From Tagaea sp. (GTDB taxonomy: Bacteria > Pseudomonadota > Alphaproteobacteria > CACIAM-22H2), in contig CBDIIB010000004.1 of the NCBI GenBank assembly GCA_965279525.1, forward strand, positions 1,280,001 to 1,344,000: DNA of 64,000 nt, in the 5' to 3' direction. The number at the start of each line of letters is the position of its first letter. The first letter of the stretch is position 1. Position numbers and translations under genes: made by a program. This document shows, piece by piece, positions 59,040 to 64,000 of the stretch. The notes under the pieces are model-generated. The model was not told the DNA's origin, did no database searches, and worked only from the letters and a program-made list of their open reading frames with translations.

Positions 59040-60281
59040 ATGAAAGCCCTGAAACAGTTCCTGATCGCGACATCCGTCGCGGCCATGCTCGCGTCGCCCG
59101 CAACAGCCGCTGAGCTCCGTTTCACGATATGGACCGGAAACGAGGCCCACCTGCGGATGCTCAACGGCTTCGCAAACAGCTTCAAGGCCGCACGCCCCGA
59201 CGTGACGGTGAAATTCGAAACGATCCCGCCGGACAGCTATACCCAGAAACTGACGATCCAGATCGCGGGCGGCAATCCGCCCGACGCCGGGTGGCTGATG
59301 GAAGATGCCGCGCCGACTTTCGCGAGTGCGGGCGTTCTGGAAGATCTCGCGCCGACGCTGAACTCGGCGAAGGATTACGATTTCGCCGACTTCTCGAAGC
59401 CAGCCCTCGGGCTCTGGACCGCGGGCGCCAAGGTCTTCGGCGTGCCGTTCTCGACATCGCCGTTCGTGATCTTCTTCAACAAGGACATGTTCGACAAGGC
59501 CGGCCTCGAAGACCCGATCGCCCTCGTGGCGAAGGGCCAGTGGGACATGGCCAGATTCCAGGACACGGCGAAGAAGCTCGCCGCCGCGAACGGCAAGTTC
59601 GGGTTCGAGTTCAAGGACGGGCAGGGCTACGATTCACGCATCATGCACGCGCTGATGCCGCCGATCCGCGCCTATGGCGGCGACGTTTGGGCAGGCAGGC
59701 AGTGCGGACTCGACACGCCGCAGGCCGTCGCCGCGGTCCGGCAGCTCCACGACATGGTCTTCAAGGACAAGTCGATCGTGCCGCCCGGCGAGTCCGGCGA
59801 CTACTTTTCGGGTAACGCGGCAATGACGATCAACCAGATCTCGCGTGCCTCGCTCATGCCGAAAGCCGGCTTCAAATGGGGCATTGCACCGCTTCCGGCC
59901 GGCCCCTCTGGCGAATCGCCGGTGATCGGCCAAGCCGGCATCGTCGTCTTCGCCGCAGGCAAGCAGAAGAAGCTGGCGGCGGAGTTCGTCGCCCACATGA
60001 CGGACAAGGCGAACGTCGCGACCGCCGCCCAGTTCTTCCCGCCGGCGCGAAACAGCGTGCTGGCCAGCGCCGGTTTCCTCGACTCCAACAACCTTATCCC
60101 GCCGGCCCAGATGAAGTTCGTCGCGGAAGCGATCGCCAAGGGCAAGGTGCTGCCCAGCCACGAGAAGAGCCCGCAGATCGTCGCGGCGATGAAACCGCGC
60201 GTCGACGCGCTCTGGCGCGCCGACGCGAATGTGGAGAACTCCCTGAAGGCCGTCTGCACGGCGATCCGGTCGCTACTCTGA
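59040..60281 (+). CDS. Carbohydrate ABC substrate-binding protein (Sec signal)
   Basis: GGAGG RBS; IAGGNPPD, FFNKDMFDKAGL motifs. Confidence 0.92.
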   Translation: MKALKQFLIATSVAAMLASPATAAELRFTIWTGNEAHLRMLNGFANSFKAARPDVTVKFETIPPDSYTQKLTIQIAGGNPPDAGWLMEDAAPTFASAGVLEDLAPTLNSAKDYDFADFSKPALGLWTAGAKVFGVPFSTSPFVIFFNKDMFDKAGLEDPIALVAKGQWDMARFQDTAKKLAAANGKFGFEFKDGQGYDSRIMHALMPPIRAYGGDVWAGRQCGLDTPQAVAAVRQLHDMVFKDKSIVPPGESGDYFSGNAAMTINQISRASLMPKAGFKWGIAPLPAGPSGESPVIGQAGIVVFAAGKQKKLAAEFVAHMTDKANVATAAQFFPPARNSVLASAGFLDSNNLIPPAQMKFVAEAIAKGKVLPSHEKSPQIVAAMKPRVDALWRADANVENSLKAVCTAIRSLL

Positions 60282-60319
60282 AACCGACGTCCGTGACAAG
60301 GGAACCTGCACACGCAGCC

Positions 60320-61219
60320 ATGGCGCGCGCCCGACGTGCGCCATGGCTGACGCTCAAGACACGCGAAGCCATGGAGGCATGGCTTTTCGTCAGCCCGACT
60401 GTCGCCGGTTTTCTCATCTTTTTCGCAGGCCCGCTCATCGCGGTCGTCTGGTACTCGCTGACCGAGTGGAATCTGCTGACGCAGCAGATGAAATTTGTCG
60501 GACTCGCGAACTACCGCGACGCGCTATTCGACAACCCTGACTTCTGGCACGTCGTCGGAAATTCCACGATCTTCGCGATCGGGCTCGTGCCGTTCAACAT
60601 GATGCTCGCACTCACGCTGGCACTTGCGCTTTGCCGGCGCTTTCCGGGCGTGATCTTCTTCCGTGCCGTCTTCTTCGCGCCTGTCGTGACTTCGGCGGCG
60701 GCGTGGGCGATCGTATGGAAGTTCCTGCTCCAGGGCGAAAGCGGATTCGTCAACCAGATCCTAGCCACGGCCGGAATCGTGGGGCCGAACTGGCTGCGCG
60801 ATCCGAACTGGGCGATGGTCGCGGTGATCTTCACGCGCGTCATCAAGATGGTCGGTCTCAACATGATCCTCTATATCGCCGCATTGCAGGCGATCCCGCG
60901 CGACTACGAAGAGGCGGCGCGGCTGGAAGGCGCCACGAACTGGCAGGTCTTCCGCTGGATCACCTGGCCGCTGCTGGGCCCGGCGACGCTGGTGATCATG
61001 GTCATCACCACCATCGGATCGTTCAAGGTATTCGACCATATCTACCTGATGACCGGCGGCGGCCCGGAGAACGGCACCCTCGTCCTCGCCTTCTACATCT
61101 ACGAGCAGGGATTCAAGTTCTTCAATGTCGGCTACGCCTCGGCGCTCGCGATGATCATGTTCGTGATCGTCATGGCGCTCACGGTCGTCCAGCTGACGAT
61201 CCGCCGGAGAGACACGTGA
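60320..61219 (+). CDS. Carbohydrate ABC permease (MalF-like)
   Basis: FFAPVVTS, EEAARLEGA, TGGGPENGT motifs. Confidence 0.93.
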   Translation: MARARRAPWLTLKTREAMEAWLFVSPTVAGFLIFFAGPLIAVVWYSLTEWNLLTQQMKFVGLANYRDALFDNPDFWHVVGNSTIFAIGLVPFNMMLALTLALALCRRFPGVIFFRAVFFAPVVTSAAAWAIVWKFLLQGESGFVNQILATAGIVGPNWLRDPNWAMVAVIFTRVIKMVGLNMILYIAALQAIPRDYEEAARLEGATNWQVFRWITWPLLGPATLVIMVITTIGSFKVFDHIYLMTGGGPENGTLVLAFYIYEQGFKFFNVGYASALAMIMFVIVMALTVVQLTIRRRDT

Positions 61220-62070
61220 TCGACCGGCTCGGACCCAGACAGTTGCGGATCGTCAGTCGTACCTGCTGGACGCTGGGGCTGTCCGTTGCGGCCATTCCGT
61301 TCGTCTTTCCGCTTCTGTGGATGGTCTCTTCCGGCTTCAAGAGCTCGGCCGAGATATTCGGCTCGCCGAGCATCGTGCCGCGCGAATGGCGATGGCTCAA
61401 CTTCGTCGAGGTCTTCACGTACCAGCCGTTCGCACAGCAGTATTTCAATTCGCTCTACATCTCCGTCTCGGTGACGGCGATCACCCTTGTCGTCGCGTCG
61501 CTGGCCGGCTACGCACTTGCGCGCCTTCGCTTCGCCGGCTCTTCGCTGGTCGGCCTGTTCCTCGTCTCCGCCCTCATGGTGCCCGAAGAGGTGACGATCA
61601 TCCCCAACTTCTTCCTCATGAAGAACTTCGGCCTTGTCGACTCCCATCTGCCGCTGATCCTCCTGCCCGTTTTCGGGCCGCACGGCATTGTCGCGACGTT
61701 CCTGATGCGGCAGTACTTCCTTGCCCTTCCCAAGGAGGTCGAGGAGGCCGGCCGGATGGACGGGCTGTCGACCTTCGGTATCTGGTGGCGCATCGCGGTG
61801 CCGATGTCGCGTCCGGCGCTCGCGGCCGTCGCGATCATCACGTTCCTTCACTCGTGGAACCAGTTTCTCGAACCGCTGATCTTCGTGTCGTCGCTCGACA
61901 AGTTCACGCTGCCGCTGGCACTGTCGAATTTCACCGATCCTTACGGCGCACCGCTGTGGCACCTGCAGCTCGCGGCGACCAGCCTTTCGGTCGTGCCGAT
62001 CCTGATCGTCTACCTGATCGCACAGCGCCAGATCATCGAGAGCTTCGCGCTCTCGGGCGTCAAAGGCTGA
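61216..62070 (+). CDS. Carbohydrate ABC permease (MalG-like)
   Basis: GTGA-coupled start; FLMRQYF, EEAGRMDG, SWN, SGVKG. Confidence 0.93.
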   Translation: MIDRLGPRQLRIVSRTCWTLGLSVAAIPFVFPLLWMVSSGFKSSAEIFGSPSIVPREWRWLNFVEVFTYQPFAQQYFNSLYISVSVTAITLVVASLAGYALARLRFAGSSLVGLFLVSALMVPEEVTIIPNFFLMKNFGLVDSHLPLILLPVFGPHGIVATFLMRQYFLALPKEVEEAGRMDGLSTFGIWWRIAVPMSRPALAAVAIITFLHSWNQFLEPLIFVSSLDKFTLPLALSNFTDPYGAPLWHLQLAATSLSVVPILIVYLIAQRQIIESFALSGVKG

Positions 62071-62131
62071 TGTGTAATTCGGCGTTCCCGAAGCTCCCAC
62101 GGCAAGCTGGGATCGGGGACGAACCGGAGCG

Positions 62132-62156
62132 CCGATACGACCTTGGCCTGTATCGG
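62132..62156. terminator. Stem-loop CCGATAC-N11-GTATCGG between the convergent permease and tRNA
   Basis: 7-bp perfect arms; no U-tract, so terminator function is uncertain. Confidence 0.3.
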
Positions 62157-62175
62157 GATCGCGTCCCCGGGGAAG

Positions 62176-62251
<76 letters not shown>

Positions 62252-62329
62252 GCCGTTTTCGCGACGGACGCGCCATATAGCAAAGCGGTCGGGGCTTGTC
62301 GATAGCGATTCGATCCACAGGCCGGCGGC

Positions 62330-64000
62330 CTATCCGGGCGGCCCCTGGGCCACGCGGGCGGGGCCGCCGGGGGCCTTGGGCGGCTCGCGTTTCATGGCGC
62401 CGAGCAGCAGGTCGCGCACGATCGGGGCGGCCACGCTCGACCCGCCGCCGCCATGCTCGACGATGACGGCGCACGCGTAGCGGGGCGAATCGACCGGCCC
62501 GTAACCGACGAACAGCGCATGGTCACGCTCGCGCCACGGCACCTGCTCGATCTTGCGCAGGCCCACGCGGCGCTCTTCCTCGGTGATGCGGCGGACCTGC
62601 GAGGTGCCGCTCTTGCCGCCATAGCCCAGGCCCGCCTCCATGACGCGCGCGCGGAACGCGGTGCCGCGCGGGTCGTTGACCACGCCGCGCATGCCGCGCA
62701 GCATCAGCGCCAGATGCGCCTGCGGGATGCCGGTCGAGGCGAACATGGCGGCCGACCGCTCGCCGATCCGCCGTCCCTGGACGAAATCGCGCGTGAGGTG
62801 CGGCACGACGGCATAGCCGCCATTGACGATGCGTGCGGTCATCGTGGCGAGCTGCAGCGGGGTGGCCAGCACATAGCCCTGCCCGATCGCCGCGACCAGC
62901 GAATCGCCCTGCGCCCAGCCCTTGCCGGTGCGCGCCATCTTCCACGCGCGCGTGGGGATGAGCCCGCCGCGCTCGCCCGGCAGGTCGAGCGACAGCGTCT
63001 GGCCGAGGCCAAGCTTGCGCGCCATGTCGGCGACGCGGTCGGGGCCAAGACGCTTGCTCAGCTCGTAGAAATAGACGTCGCAGGACTGCACGAGCGCGTC
63101 GACCATGTCGATGCCGCCATGCCCGCCCTTCTTCCAGCAATGGAAGCGGTTGTCGCCCAGATCCATGTGCCCGGGGCAAAAGACGCGCATTTCCGGCTGC
63201 ACGCCAAGCTCGAGTGCCGCCAGCGCCACGACCATCTTGTAGGTCGAACCCGGCGCGTACTGGCCGGAGACCGCCTTGTTGGTGAGCGGGGCACGATGGT
63301 TGTTGAGCAACGCGCGCCACGAAGCACCCGAGATGCCACGCGCGAACTCGTGCGGGTCGTAGCTGGGATGGGAGGCGAGCACGAGCACGCCGCCGTCGTT
63401 GACGTCCATCAGGACCGCGGCCGCACTCTCCTCCTTCGCCAGCCGCTCGGCGGCGAAGTTCTGGAGGTCGGCGTCGATGGTCAGCGCCAGGTCCTGGCCC
63501 GCCTCGCCCTCGTTGCGCGACAGCTCGCGGATCGGCCGGCCCAGCGCGTTGACCTCGATCTGGGTATTGCCCGCCCGCCCGCGCATGGCGAGGTCGTAGA
63601 CGCGCTCCACGCCGTTGCGGCCCACGCGGAAATCGGGGAGTTCGAGCAGCGGATCGCCGGTGAGGTCCGACTCGGCCGGCGGTGCGACGTAGCCGATCGT
63701 GTGCGCCATCTTCTCGCCGTGCGGATAGAGCCGCGTCGAGCCGACGTCGATCGTGATGCCCGGCAGGTCCGGCGCGTTGACGGCGATGCGGCTCACGTCC
63801 TCCCAGGAGAGGTTCTCCTTGACGGTCGTGGGCAGGAACTTGCGCTTGCGCGCCACCTCGCGCAGCACGCGCCGGCGCTCCACGTCGGTGATCGGCACGA
63901 TCTCGGAAAGCGTGTCGAGCGTGGCGGGGATCGACCCGGTCTGCTCGGCCACCAGCACGACGCGGTAGTTGAGCTGGTTGTCGGCAAGCACCGCGCCGTA
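62330..64000 (-). CDS. mrdA: Penicillin-binding protein 2 (transpeptidase), N-terminus beyond the window
   Basis: PGSTYK (SxxK), SCD, KSGTSQV, RDHALF motifs. Confidence 0.93.
   Translation of the reverse strand, partial: YGAVLADNQLNYRVVLVAEQTGSIPATLDTLSEIVPITDVERRRVLREVARKRKFLPTTVKENLSWEDVSRIAVNAPDLPGITIDVGSTRLYPHGEKMAHTIGYVAPPAESDLTGDPLLELPDFRVGRNGVERVYDLAMRGRAGNTQIEVNALGRPIRELSRNEGEAGQDLALTIDADLQNFAAERLAKEESAAAVLMDVNDGGVLVLASHPSYDPHEFARGISGASWRALLNNHRAPLTNKAVSGQYAPGSTYKMVVALAALELGVQPEMRVFCPGHMDLGDNRFHCWKKGGHGGIDMVDALVQSCDVYFYELSKRLGPDRVADMARKLGLGQTLSLDLPGERGGLIPTRAWKMARTGKGWAQGDSLVAAIGQGYVLATPLQLATMTARIVNGGYAVVPHLTRDFVQGRRIGERSAAMFASTGIPQAHLALMLRGMRGVVNDPRGTAFRARVMEAGLGYGGKSGTSQVRRITEEERRVGLRKIEQVPWRERDHALFVGYGPVDSPRYACAVIVEHGGGGSSVAAPIVRDLLLGAMKREPPKAPGGPARVAQGPPG

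Overview
GC-rich, probably alphaproteobacterial window (inferred from gene content). About 62 kb is a dense accessory catabolic region lying 3' of a tRNA-Lys(CTT) gene (62176-62251, minus strand), and the core gene mrdA (PBP2) is at the right edge. The region holds five signal-peptide-less sulfatase-family enzymes, four carbohydrate (CUT1) ABC importers with no ATPase gene in the window, two TauABC/SsuABC-type ABC importers and two tripartite tricarboxylate transporters. It also holds a repeated toolkit for non-phosphorylative sugar-acid catabolism (mutarotase, epimerase, AKR dehydrogenases, lactonases, enolase-superfamily dehydratases, a split UxaA/SuyAB-like lyase, two YihU-like reductases), six local regulators with visible candidate operators, and a radical SAM + two-glycosyltransferase trio. 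The best candidate novel system (inference) is an intracellular scavenging pathway for sulfated or sulfonated sugars. A decayed 25/28-nt copy of the tRNA-Lys 3' half at 54849-54876 delimits an integrase-less 7.3-kb islet. No CRISPR array, transposase, integrase or rRNA was seen. Family calls rest on motif recognition only; no database searches were run.
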